Below, piece after piece: positions 1 to 13,914 of a stretch of 64,000 bases of DNA (its first letter is position 1; each line of letters opens with the position of its first letter). The notes beneath the pieces are model-generated. The model was not told where the DNA came from. It did no database searches and saw only the letters and a program-made list of their open reading frames with translations. Origin of the DNA: Chrysomallon squamiferum. Lineage: Eukaryota; Animalia; Mollusca. The position numbers and the translations under genes are program-made. The stretch covers positions 30,132,001-30,196,000 of the forward strand of contig CM022671.1 in assembly GCA_012295275.1 (NCBI GenBank). Direction: 5' to 3'.

Positions 1-515
1 GGCTAGAAAACGTCAATTTCAGTTATTTTTCTCTTATTAATATACTTTATTAGTAATAAAGATTTTTCCTGCGGTGACAATTAAATTAATCATCTGGAGT
101 TAATTAAAATTTACGTCATTTTTATGTTTTCATCACCTCAGGTACTCTACGTTATTAAGGATATGCACGTGTTCTCTATTTTTAGCAGCCGTCCTTTAAA
201 ATTTAACATGATGATGTTTTTGCCTTAAATAACGCAAGGCAATATGGCTTGAATATTTGTATAGTTAATATCAACATATATTAGGTATACAGTACGAACG
301 TAAACATGGCTACAGACGTACGTACATGCAAGCACACATGTATAACTACTTACCTACCTACATATGTACTTAACTACATACATAATACATGAACATATTT
401 ACATCTGCATCTACATCCAGGCACATAAATTACATATTATATACACACATACACATTATGCATACATACATACACACATATACACACATACATACGTACA
501 CACACGCACACATTT

Positions 516-546
<31 letters not shown>

Positions 547-856
547 TCACACACAGCCACGTACATACATATATGCATACATAAATACGTATAACGTATG
601 ATGTATCTGTTTTTGTCACATGTAATATATGTATAGTGCTATGATTCGAAAGTTATATTATCATAATATTATTTTGTGATGAACTCTATCAGTGACGCTT
701 TGTCAGTCGACTTGCAGTTTAGAATATTTCCTTGTTAACTATTTTGAAAAACTGATAACGTAAGTGCTAATGAAAAGAAGTAACGAATATCTTTTCTTTG
801 TCACCACGAAAGTCTGTGAAATGATAAATCTGGTGACTGTTAAAAAACCATAAGTT

Positions 857-860
<4 letters not shown>

Positions 861-890
<30 letters not shown>

Positions 891-1057
891 TCATCATCAT
901 CATCATCATTTATTGTTATTATTATTATTATTATATATTTTATTATTATTATTTATTATTATTATTATCATACTTTTATTATTACTACTACTGCTACTAC
1001 TATTATTAGTAGTATTATCAGTACTACTATCATTAAAACTATTATTATTATTATTAC

Positions 1058-1110
<53 letters not shown>
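861..1110. repeat. Compound (AAT)n/(CAT)n/(ATT)n microsatellite
   Basis: Read directly. Confidence 0.95.
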
Positions 1111-1485
1111 GTCGACAATAAAATTGTAAATTTACTTCTACTGAGCTATAACAGGTTATTGTTTTTCTATAAATGTTTAATGTTTTTATTACAGTCACAC
1201 TTTTTGTTCTACACTGAAACATTCAAACTAATAAATAAGTTTGATTCGAATATACATACAGTATACCTACCTATTTCTTTGTCCATTTGTGTTTGTCTGT
1301 CAGTATGTTTCTCTTCACGTTTGTATGCCTGTCTGTGTAATATATTTGTTAATGAATTTTTCGATGTTTATCATTCTGTCTGCCTATGAATTTGTATTCC
1401 TATCTTTCAGTCTGTTTGTCTCTGTGTCTGTCTATCTGTCTGTCTTTCAATCAGTCCGTTAATATATCTATCTATCCATCCATCC

Positions 1486-1520
<35 letters not shown>

Positions 1521-3010
1521 CGTCTGCCTGCCTATCTTTTCTGTATCTTTGTTTATATACATTAATCAGTCTGTTTCTCTCTTAATTTGTCTGTGTGTCT
1601 GTCTATCAGTTTATATCTAAATAAAGATCCAAAATTAATTTCTTAAAGAAAAACAATAATTAATTTTCAGTAAAAATGTTGCTATTATTCCCGTTTTTTT
1701 TATTATTATTATTATTTATTTTTTTTTTTTTTTTTTTTTATTTTTTTTTTTTTCTGGAACGTCATCTTTTTGTGTGTAAACAACATAATTACAGCTGGAG
1801 AACTAGCAGTAACAACTGGTCCAGCAAAAGAGAAAATATTTTAGAGTCTGTAAATAGTAATACTGATAATTATTTGTATTAAGCTGTATATTTAAGTTAC
1901 TTATTTATCTTAATGTGTCTTGTTTTCAGCAGATCCCTGTAAATTTCATTTCTGTGATGTTAATAAAGCCACACATTTACACTAAAACCTTTTTTTTCGT
2001 TATTTCTTTTAATTTCATTAAGATCATAGTTCTAGAAATTTCGTAGAGTTCTATTTATTTGTCGTACGTGTAAGCACGAATATAGACATACGTGCGTACA
2101 TCCACGCATGTACACTCATACATACATGCAGACACAGAATGATAAACCTAAAAATATACGTAAATATTTTGTATCCCCTTCAGTGAATAATACTGATGCT
2201 ATAGTGATAGTCGTCGTCGTTGTTTTTATATTACTGTTATCGTTGTTATTGCTGTTTACTTCCATATTAATTTATTTATTATAAAACGAATAATAGCACT
2301 ACCACTACAATATTAAATAAAAATTATAATAACAGTAATAGAAGAACTGATTAAAATAAACAAATAAATAAATAAAAACAACAACAACAACAACAACAAG
2401 ACTAATAATAATAATAAATAAATAATCATAACAATAAAATAAACAACAACATTTTAAAAATTAATAATAATAATGACACAAAACATACGCATTCATTTTT
2501 ACTTTTATTTTTTACCCACACAAGCGGCTTGGTTGGTAGTTTCTACCAAGGTTGAATTCGATTGTGTTCACTGAAGTAGAATGAGTAACACTAGTTCTGT
2601 TTATTATCATTTACTGCAATCGCCGAATATCGATCTCTAATCACTTTAAACTGACGGACATGTGGCGTTTTATGCCACCAATTCAAAAATTATATTTTTC
2701 TATCGCAATAATATCATCTTATTACTCCAAGTTCATACTCAGTCCATATCCTACTTCCATAAAAGAAAATAGTTCTAATAATGGGCACGTGCGGACTCAA
2801 AATCGGCGCTGGCTTTTTATTATTCGTCGGTCAACGAAAACTTCTTTGATATCTTGGATGCAAGCTGCTGAAAGTAATTTGATTTATTTCACATGAATTG
2901 ATAAATATTTGCGCAATTGAAAATAGATTGGAGTTAATGTTTTGGGGAAATACTTTGCCGGATACTATTAGCTGTGCCCAAGCATTTAGCGAATCAATGG
3001 CTGCTCCAGC

Positions 3011-3044
<34 letters not shown>

Positions 3045-3126
3045 AACAAGTGTGATTTTTTTTGGAAATTCGAAGCTAATTCAAGGCTCGTTTCAAGATG
3101 TGTTTTTTTTTAAAGTACATGACGTA

Positions 3127-3128
<2 letters not shown>

Positions 3129-3172
<44 letters not shown>
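3129..3172. repeat. (TG)n microsatellite
   Basis: Read directly. Confidence 0.95.
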
Positions 3173-3176
<4 letters not shown>

Positions 3177-3362
3177 GATTATGATGTAAAAATTTATATT
3201 GGCAAATTCTCAGTTTCAAGTCAAATTTAAAGGTGCAGTTTTAAAAATTGTATGACTTATTGTATGTTATTATTTTATTTTATTTTATTTTTTCCTTTTC
3301 CTTTTTTCTTTAGGTTTTATATATTTAGTTTTTTATTTATTTTGTAAAGATTTTATAATGAT

Positions 3363-3363
<1 letters not shown>

Positions 3364-3451
<88 letters not shown>
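3364..3451. repeat. (GA)n microsatellite
   Basis: Read directly. Confidence 0.95.
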
Positions 3452-3453
<2 letters not shown>

Positions 3454-3985
3454 AACAGACAGGTTGTCTACCTGTGTTACTGACTTTCTTCGAAATTCGC
3501 TAAAACGAATAACAAGCTGCTTTGTGTACCCAAGAAGACCTTTATTTCCTGGTTCATTTTTCGGCTGTTTCATTTTTGTCAGGTCTCTAATGTCACGGCG
3601 GTTCATCATTGTTTTTGTTTTATTTGTACTCATTTTTACCTGCGTTTTTTAGAAAACAAAACCGAAAAGCCGAAGGGCGTGCAAGAATGTTACATTTTTA
3701 TTTTCTTAGGACAGGTTCAGAAAGTGGATTTTTTTTTTTCCTTTATTGTTGTTGCTCATTTTTATTTATTTTATATTGTATTATATTGTACTATACTGTA
3801 CTGTACTGTACTGTATATTACATTATACTGTGTTATATTATATTATATTATATTATATTTTCACTGTTTTGCAGTGAGATTTTGTTTGGCTATTTTATTC
3901 TTTTATTCATTGTTTTATTTGTTTTTATGTAAAATATATTTTAGTGAAATTTATTTGGAGGTATTTATTTATTGATTTATTAATT

Positions 3986-4016
<31 letters not shown>

Positions 4017-4073
4017 TTATTAATTTTTATTTATTGATTGATTTATTATTGTTTTTGTTTGCTTGTTGTTGTT

Positions 4074-4106
<33 letters not shown>

Positions 4107-4330
4107 TTTATGTGGGTACGGGAATTGGAATGTTTTCTTCATCCTACCCACATCTATCTTCTCTCACTATCACTAAAATACTAAACAGAAAGTATTTATA
4201 ACAGTGTTAATATTTTCATTAATTTTATATATTTGTAATAACTAATTAACTTACCATCAGAATATCTTGCAACAACAAGACAGTAAATGAAATACGAACG
4301 AAAAGAAGAAAAGACCAGTATTAAAGACGG

Positions 4331-4360
4331 GTGACGTCACAATGGAGCGACCTTTGACCT
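4331..4360. promoter_or_regulatory. Dense TF-site cluster: CRE + SOX + nuclear-receptor DR1
   Basis: GTGACGTCAC (perfect CRE palindrome, 4331-4340), ACAATGG (SOX-like, 4339-4345) and CGACCTTTGACCT (AGGTCA-A-AGGTCG on the minus strand, DR1, 4348-4360). Confidence 0.45.
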
Positions 4361-4736
4361 TGGATACGTACCCTGCAGCTGTGGGATAGTCGTGTAATTT
4401 AAATTCAAAACAGAAAATTTAAGTTAAAACTTTATGCTGAACGTTTGTAAGTGTCTTTAACAGATTCTGCAGGTAATGCAAATAAAGAAAGAACGGAACA
4501 TTAGCGTAAAAAAATGTATAATAACTATAACTGCGTAATTAATAATCTGACGCTAAAGTAAATGTTTATTTCTGAAATAATTTAATGTTGCCACTTTTTA
4601 CTCGTTCTTTCTTTATTAATATCTTTGTTGTAGTTGTTGCCGTTTTTGTAAAATAATAATAATTATTAGTATTACTATTATTATTATTATTATGATTATT
4701 ATTATTATTATTACTACTACCACTACTACTACTTTT

Positions 4737-4774
<38 letters not shown>

Positions 4775-6615
4775 TTATAATTTTTTTTTTAAGATTTTTC
4801 TTGTTTATTTTCATATGGAAAATTTACGATCGTTAGCAGAAGAATTAATTATTCTTTAACAGTAAATAATTGTTTTTATTATTTATTTTATCCACATTCA
4901 TCTAATTCATATCTACTTTCTATTTGTTTTATTGAGAAACTTTCTTTTTCTAATAAGTTCTTAAATATTAAAAACTGTCATCCTTCAAACATGAAAGAGA
5001 GAGTGAGTGAGAGAGGGAAAAAAAGAAGAAAAAAAAAGAGTGATGCATCTCTGTAAATATTAGTTCTGTTCGTTACAGCGCCACAGTCCATTTCATACGG
5101 CTTCCAAGGGCATGTTGGCAAGATTCGACACCACGGACATTTTGAAAAAGATATCAGATGTATGTTGACAGCAGAAGGGATCATTTGAAATTTCAGTTGA
5201 CACTATTCCGTCTTTGTTTCCTCTTTTATTTGTTGGAGCAATAAAGAGATGACAGTTTTATTTCGGAGGATAAACATGCCTCATACAGACAACCGCGCTG
5301 TTTGTTTAAACGGAACTCTTGCAAACGCTGGAGAAGATTCCCGAAAAGACACAACCACGCTCGCTCTGGTATGAGCGACCACGCGCTGTGTCCACGGCGC
5401 AAAGGTTTCCCCAAATCCGCTAATCTCCCACTGATGCGGGGATAAACCCACGTGCGTGACTTGGGCAGCGTTTGTCCCAAGCGAGGCTGACTCCGGCGGG
5501 CTCGGTTTTCTACGAATCAGGTTTGCGGAAGGTTTGTAAGAAGACGTCTGGTGCATGAAACACATGGGTGTGGCTCGCTCTCCTTCCTCGGAACAATGTC
5601 AAAAGAAGCTACGTCGCTGATGTCGTCTGCTCCCCGAATGGCAAGGAATGCTGAGACAATGAAGACGCCGGCATCTGTGAGGACTGCTCCGCTTTTGTGT
5701 TCGCGAATCCGCTTCGTGCTGGTTATGTCCCTTCGTTTTGTTTTCAGAAACTGTTATCTATACGACAATAACCGAATTCAGTGCACGCAGGCACTCGGGC
5801 GGGCTACCTTTTTTTTTCAACGGCTTATCTTTCTCTCGTTCATAACAATATTATTATGAAAATGAATTATCAGGTAACTCAACATGAAAAGTAAAATATT
5901 GTATTACTGGTCATGCCCTTTTCTTGACAATGCAAACGACATTAAAATACTCCGAATTCACTTTTATTCGAGGTTACAGATTTCTGTAAGTACATATGTA
6001 CACCTCAAGAATACAAAGATAAACAGGCGAATACTCAGTGTACAAACAGAAAAGTGTGTATTTGATCTGCGTGTTCATCTACCACCCATCCAGACTTTAA
6101 TATATTTGTCAGTGTGTTCTTTCTGTAGTCTTTCTTTCTTTCCCTCTCACGTTCTCTCACCCTATCCTCGGATCTATCTATCTATCTGTCTGTCCAGACA
6201 GATATAGATCGATAGATATAGATATAGATAGATAGAGATAGATAGATATAGATAGATAGACAGATATAGATATCGATAGATAGACAGATAGATGGATATA
6301 TATATATAGGACTGCTACTACTACTACTGCAACTACTTCTGCTATTATTATTATTATCATTATCATCATCATCATCATCATCATCATCACATCATTATTA
6401 TTATAAATTCAACACAATCAAGCTTGTTAATTTTATTTACATACTTTCCACAGCTATAAAAGACAAACAAACTTTACTTAAAACACAATCATAAATTCTG
6501 CTATATTTTAATTACCTCCAATTCTATCTATAATTTATTAATAACAAAAAAAAAAAAAAAAATAAAACCAAAAAGAATATCTCAGATATAATATTTATAT
6601 TTGGATTTTACAGTT

Positions 6616-6653
<38 letters not shown>

Positions 6654-7368
6654 GTGGTACAACTATTTCGATCGTTCTTCCTATCACCGTTAGGGTAGAA
6701 AAAGAGCCTAATAAAAAAATCTTCTTCAATTTTTGGTCCGACAATAAACAAGCAGCATATCCGTGTCGCCGCATTATTTTTCTTCGAGTAATTACTCCCC
6801 TGCGCCATTGTCCTCTGTTTGCAGAAGCCTTGCGCTCTTCTCGACGAGAGAATACCAACTGAAAAGACGTACATTCCTCTCGTAGTCGCTTCTTGTCTGA
6901 TCAAACAGCGGCTGAAGAGACGAATTCTACGACAATCTCCACAAACAAACGCAGACAACAACGCCATTGCGCAAGCCACTCGTCCTCTTCTCGGCGCACG
7001 CTGCTGTTGTAGTTTTTGTTTGGGTGTGTTTTCGTGTCGTTGTTGAAATGTGAACTTGGTTAAAGTTGCTCTTGTTTGAATACATGATTTTAACTGCAGC
7101 AAAAAAAAAAATAAAAATAAAAATTAAAAAAAAAAAAAATAAAAATGTTGTTTATAAGTCGAGTTTTATTTCTACAGTGTTTTGTAAATGAACGCTCAAA
7201 CGAAAGATTTGTTGTGTGGAAACATCATGTACGTAAAAATAATAATTTAATTTCATTTGTGAATAACAATTTTAAATGTTTTAGCAAAATTATCCCAATG
7301 CAAATGTTTATGGACTATAGTATGTGTGTGTATATATATATATATATATACACACATACATACATACA

Positions 7369-7404
<36 letters not shown>

Positions 7405-7983
7405 TATATTTTCAAATAACATAAAATCATTATATATATATATATATATTTATAATGATTTTATGTTATTTGAAAACGATATTTATTTTTTAGCATATTT
7501 TTCTAAGTATAAAGCAAAACAGTTATCCTTACAAAACTGTTGACAGAAATTGGTGTATATAAGAACTCTAATTTTATTTTGTTTCTGAATAACAATTTAA
7601 AAGGTTCTTAAAAAATTATCTCGATGAAAATGTATTATAATTTTAATCTACTTGTTAATAACAATTTAAAATGTTTAAAGAAATATCTATAAATTTACAG
7701 AAAATTTTATATATATATATATATATATAAATTTTTAAAATATTTACTAAAGATATCCTGATTTAAATTTTGACTATTTTGTTATTATTAAGTCTTTCTA
7801 GGTCTTACTTTATTTATTTTTTTATTATTTTATTTTCGTTTGTATTTTTTATTTATTTTTTATTATTTTTATGTTCGAAAATTTTAAATTTTCGTTTGCA
7901 AAATAATCATCATCATTTCATCATCATAATTATCATCATCATCATCATCATAATCATTATTATTATTATTAATATTATTATTA

Positions 7984-8036
<53 letters not shown>

Positions 8037-9169
8037 GTTATATAAACAGACATATGTGGATGGCTGTACTAAGGTGTGTGTACAAAGCACGTGTTGAAGA
8101 CAGTAAACGAAACCAGCAGAGCTGACACGAAGTGACGTCGTGTGCGGTGGTGATAAAAGCAGCGAGTGGCGGTCAAACGATGGAGGACCGCAAGCGACGG
8201 ACTCCGGGATACTTCACTTTTGTGTAGCAGTCGTCACGCTGAAATCATCTCCGCGTGAAAACTTGGAATAAATTTTTAAGGATCTCCACGCGATGAGTAA
8301 CGCATTTTCATCGAGAAACGTCGTCGAAATAATAAAATTAAAACACTTTTTTTTATTTTTATTATTTCTTACGAGCATATCTCAACAACGCCGACCACAC
8401 ACGCGTTATGCAGTTATGGAGAGAGGTAGTGTAGGAGCGGGCGGGGGGAGGGGGTGGATATTTAGGTATTGTTAAAACGGCCAGCGTGAATGTAATGTCA
8501 TACGGTTTAAATACCATGTTCAGAATGTGTTCTTTGAATTCTGCCATCGTAACTTTAGTGTAGGTATGCTCTCGGCGGTTAAACGGTCTTTCAAGTGATG
8601 GTGTGCTATGTTATATAGTTATTTTAGTGTAACTGGGGTATGTAGATATATATATATACGATACGACATTATTTGAAAAAGAAATGAAATTGTGCATTAT
8701 TCTGTCATTCTTTTTTTTTTTTTTTTTTTTTTTTTGTGTTCTCGTTGTTTTGTGTTGTGATTTTTGTTGTGTTTTTTGTGTTTTTTTTTTTCTGTAGTAT
8801 TTATTTGTGTTTTTGGGGGTTTGTTTTCTGTTGTTGTTGTTTTTTTTTTTTTTATTGTGGACTGTCCTATTTGTTTTGCAGGGCTTTTTGGTTTTGTTTT
8901 GTGCTGTTTCTTTTTTGTTTGTATGTTTGTTTGGTTTTTTTTTCTCTCTCGCTTTCTCTACGTCTTGTTATTGTTTGTTTATTTAATCATTTATTAGTAT
9001 TTTAGCTCTTTCATTCATTTATTTTCTCACTGATCAGTGTAAGTTCTTAACTTTCAGTTTTTCAGTTATTTGGAAGATAGTATTAGTATTAATAGCATGA
9101 AAAGCACAGTAATAGTATTAGAAGCACTGCAGTAGTTGTAGCCATATTAGTACTGGTAGTAATAGCAGC

Positions 9170-10100
9170 GATAGTAGCTGTAAAGTAGTACTAGTAACAG
9201 CAGTATAGTAGTCGTAAAGTAATAGTATTAACAGCAATATAGTAGTCGTAAAGTAGTACTAGTAACAGCAGTATAGTAGTCGTAAAGTAGTACTAGTAAC
9301 AGCAGTATAGTAGTCGTAAAGTAATAGTATTAACAGCAATATAGTAGTCGTAAAGTAGTACTAGTAACAGCAGTATAGTAGTCGTAAAGTAATAGTATTA
9401 ACAGCAGTATAGTAGTCGTAAAGTAATAGTATTAACAGCAGTATAGTAGTCGTAAAGTAATAGTATTAACAGCAGTATAGTATAGTAAAGTAGTCTAGTA
9501 ACAGCAATATAGTAGTCGTAGTATTAACAGCAGTATAGTAGTCGTAAAGTAATAGTATTAACAGCAGTATAGTAGTCGTAAAGTAATAGTATTAACAGCA
9601 ATATAGTAGTCGTAAAAGTAATAGTAGTAACAGCATAGTAGTAGTAGTCATAAGTAATGGTATTAGTAAAAGCAGTATAGTAGTAGTAAAGTAGTATTAA
9701 CAGCAAAGTAGTCGTAAAGTAGTACTAGTAACAACAGTAGTAGTAGTCATAAAGTAGTACTAGTAACAGCAGTAGTAGTAGTCGTAAAGTAGTACTAGTA
9801 ACAGCAGTATAGCAGCCGTAAAGTAGTACTAGTAACAGCAGTAGTAGAAGTTGTAAAATAGTACTAGTAACAGCAGTAGTAGAAGTTGTAAAATAGTACT
9901 AGTAATAACAGTAGTAGTAGTTGTAAAATAGTACTAGTAACAACAGTAGTAGAAGTTGTAAAATAGTACTAGTAACAGCAGTAGTAGAAGTTGTAAAATA
10001 GTACTAGTAACAGCAGTAGTAGAAGTTGTAAAATAGTACTAGTAACAGCAGTAGTAGAAGTTGTAAAACAGTACTAGTAATAGCAGTAGTAGAAGTTGCA
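9170..10100. repeat. Minisatellite, 34-35 bp unit, ~27 copies, derived from (AGT)n
   Basis: Units TAGTAGTCGTAAAGTAATAGTATTAACAGCAGTA (34 bp) and GTAGTAGAAGTTGTAAAATAGTACTAGTAACAGCA (35 bp), read directly. Confidence 0.93.
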
Positions 10101-10277
10101 GAGGCACCGCTAGAGATACTATTATTAGCAGTAGTAGTAGTAGTTTGACAATGAGGAGGAGTAAAAGTAGTAGTACTGGCAACAGTAGCAGTAGCAGCAG
10201 TTTTGGTGGTAGTAGTAGTTGTACAACATTATCGTCAAAATGTGTTTATAGCTTTACCTATAGGCATCTTACTTATA

Positions 10278-10320
<43 letters not shown>

Positions 10321-11034
10321 TCAGATAATTACATTCAGTTATATTACCATTCAGCCTCAATAATAATACTCGTGTTTTCAATGTGAATAGACATGTTAGC
10401 CTGTCGTCTGTTGTCGTTCGTTATGTCATCACACTTGTTGGTACTGCGCATCTGATTGGACGCGTGCCAAGATTCATTGTCTTTCGACGTAGTTTATTGG
10501 TCGATTGTCAAAGTTGTTTTAATCTTCTTGAACTTCGACCTAGAGACTAAACTGCTAAGTTTAAAGTTCGTTTTGTTTGACGACACCGTCATTATTCGTT
10601 GATTCCTTTTGCGTAACAGATTGTTGGAGGTCAAACATTTGGCAGTTCTGATGCCTAGATTTAAAGGGTATGTGTGTCATCAAATGATCATTTTTACGGG
10701 TCTTCGTCAAAGACAAGAGAACACATGCCACGGCCTTTCGCAAACGAAAAGTATTAATCACACCACATCTTATCAGTTCAACAACAAAGAAACACAGACA
10801 GACAAGATACACATACAAAACGCATACGCACGAATGCAAGCAAACAAAATTCTGTTCTAGCTGAAGTATATTTGCCTATATACCCATAATCTTGTCTGTT
10901 CAACTATCACGCGCAGTGACATAAACACGTTTTTTTTTTTTTTTTTTTCGATCAAGGTTTAAATATTTCAGAAAGAGGTGTTATTTCTTTCTTTTATTTA
11001 TCTTTTTATTTATTTATTTATTTTTATTTATTTA

Positions 11035-11071
<37 letters not shown>

Positions 11072-12532
11072 TTTTAAATAAAAAATAAACCTGATTTCTG
11101 AAAATGATAAAACTGTTAAAAAACGTAAACGCCATTGTCTGTGACTTTCATTCAAACAAATTCCAGATAGCTATCGCCAGGTTTAACGTTTCGGCTATCT
11201 CCGTGTAAAATCGCCCGTCTTCTCGAGAGACTGCGCGACCTCACGTTGCCCGAGTTCTCTGCCTGATCGTCATCAATTTTTGTCGTCTGCTACCTTCCAC
11301 TTTGATTGACAGGCGCTGGGATCCGACATCAGACGACAGCTGGGTAATAAAGGCGATGATTTATTCAGGTCCAGACATGCACATACATATAGACAACAGA
11401 ATGATCGATCAAACATCTCAAATATTTCAGCTGATACTTTTCCTCAATTTATGTCATAAAAAAAACGTTCGGCTTGATTGATAATATAGCTTGTGCCTAG
11501 GCCGCCCTTTCACACCTTTGTTCATGTTTTAGGTGAGTTAATTTCGCAGTTTTGAAGATCTGTGTATGATGCAATACTTTAAAATTTTATTAAAGAATTT
11601 TAAACTAATGGTGTGGATGTAGAACACATAAAAAACAATAATATATGTATGTATGCATGTATATGGACCTATATTATAAATATAGAAAATATCTGATGAT
11701 TATAATAAACGCAGATTTCTCTGGTGTTAGTTTATATATATATATGCATAAGCTTTCAAATAATGGGTACTGATATCTTTTTTCTTTATTATTATTGTTG
11801 TTGTTTTCGTTAATGTTATTGTTATTGTTGTTGTTCTTTTTCTTCGTCGTAATAGAAATTAATACTGGAGCGGTGATATTAAAGAATTTCTTCAAAAAAT
11901 TAAATTACTTTCTGTCAATTGCCGACTTACACTAATTTTGTACTGATATTAAAATCATAAGAAAAACACAAATTTTAACCCCTTTTGAACGGAAATGACC
12001 TGTAGTAACGATTTTTTTTTTTTTTTTTTTTTACTTTTTTTAAATTCTTGATTACAAGTGTCAGAATTCGTAAAGCGATTTTGATGCGGGACTCCTCTGT
12101 GTTTTTCAAGATAACTCTGTTTTTTGGCAACGTTATAACGTATAATTTAACCACCTATTTAATGGGAGCTGTCAGCGTGTCAAGAGTAAAAATGGGAAGC
12201 TCTAATTGTGCCTTCGGGGAAGTTTGTCTCCCATAGAGGAATTGTAACCGTGCTCTTCCGCCATCTTTTAAACCAACTTTTCTCGATTGTTACGCTTCGG
12301 GAGGTGTCGCTCTGAGCCATTTGAAAACGGTCTGGTGAATGAAATTTAATAGTCTGTATTAATAAACAGGTAAACGATCTCAGATTGTTGATGCTTTTAC
12401 CATCTGTTGTTTTCGAGGCTTAGAAATAAGCCAGTATTCTCGGTCCGCTGACTTTTTTATTTATTTTTATTTTTCAATCTGACCTTATTAATAATAATAA
12501 GTTAACAGCGTTTGTGAGGTTTTTAATACGTA

Positions 12533-12580
<48 letters not shown>

Positions 12581-13130
12581 TATGAAAGAAAGAGTGAGAG
12601 AATGCATGATTATATTACATAACCTCTGTTAGTATACACAAACGCCGCAAAGCACCCACGTCAAAATCCTGCAACAAAATTCATTGCAAAAAAATCTGTT
12701 GTAAAAATTTATTTGAAACCATTAGCAGTACACAAGTCTTATTTATTTAAACACTGAGTACGTTTACTAATTAAACTAATTAAAATGTTTGTTGGGCTAT
12801 TACCTTTACGTCTGCATAAAGTATTAGCATCGGTTAAAAAAAACACCCAATATAAACAACCCCTAAAAACAATACAAACAAATGCAGTGAAGTACAGAAC
12901 AATTGATTAAATACAGTAACAAGCAAAAAAAATATGACTATTTAGAAAAACTGAGACATGAATAAATAACATCAACTAAAGTACACTGTTAGACGTCATA
13001 ATGTTATGTATTTTAAATTTGCGTACGTGTATGTGTGTAATGCTTGCTATAGTCCAATAATATCATATTTTACATACACGTTTACGCCTTTTTTTCTTTC
13101 TGATAAATCTCAGGGCAAGTTAACCCTTGA

Positions 13131-13162
<32 letters not shown>

Positions 13163-13716
13163 TATTCTACACTACAAATACTCTCTCTCTGTGATCACTG
13201 AATCTCTTCTGTTAAAGTTTGCCTCGGTGCAAGGGGAAGGTACCCAGCAGTCGCCACACTATAGTAGCGGCGACGAACGTAAGAAAACGCACGGTAGGCA
13301 GCCTTTATTTGCTTGTCAAAGTTACTGTATGGGTCCCAGGTCAGCTTTCTCACGTCTATACCGGTATACATAGTGCAAATTGTTACTTCAACGCCAAGAC
13401 TGTCTGCTAAATGCTCCGTGAATGTTATTCAATTAATGTGGTAATTCGATACGGTCTTGCTAACTGTCTCGCTCTACGAAAACATGTTAGGCTTTCAGAT
13501 GAAACACTCGACTCACCTTTTTCTTGTTCGATTAATTGCCGTGGAAGCCGAGTGATGGACGCCAGCGCCTACAGCTACAGAGAGAGACTTGATTGTCCTT
13601 GCTTTCAGGCAGAACCCACACGTTTATGTGTTTTTTTTATTTTTATTTTTATTTTTATTTTTATTTTTATTCTCACTCTCTGTGTGTGTACATAGATGTG
13701 TATGTTTGTGCGTGTG

Positions 13717-13719
<3 letters not shown>

Positions 13720-13780
<61 letters not shown>
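13720..13780. repeat. (GA)n microsatellite
   Basis: Read directly; followed by (AAT)n at about 13847-13912. Confidence 0.95.
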
Positions 13781-13785
<5 letters not shown>

Positions 13786-13845
13786 TCTTACTGACCTGTC
13801 AGATTTCGGATAAGGCTGTATTATTGTAATGAGAATACTACTTTT

Positions 13846-13914
<69 letters not shown>

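Noticed and set aside
2533-2549. Short hairpin TTGGTAG-TTT-CTACCAA as a miRNA or other structured RNA
   Set aside because: A 7-bp stem is expected by chance. I recognised no conserved miRNA, tRNA or rRNA in the window, although a by-eye search is insensitive.
3585-3610. TGTCACGGC (C-H-G) as part of a Wnt CKCHG motif
   Set aside because: It is preceded by an in-frame stop and has no other Wnt residues. I found no Wnt exon in the window.
364-4201. Many ORF-track entries with poly-I/L/N/Y/SL/CV sequences, here and throughout the window
   Set aside because: They are translations of microsatellites and low-complexity AT-rich DNA, with no splice or homology support.
7255-7700. Three loosely similar AATAACAATTT.AAA.GTT units
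   Set aside because: They are low-complexity AT-rich sequence with no structure suggesting function.
9170-10100. CRISPR-like appearance of the 34-35 bp periodic array
   Set aside because: The units are contiguous with no unique spacers, there are no cas genes, and the context is eukaryotic.
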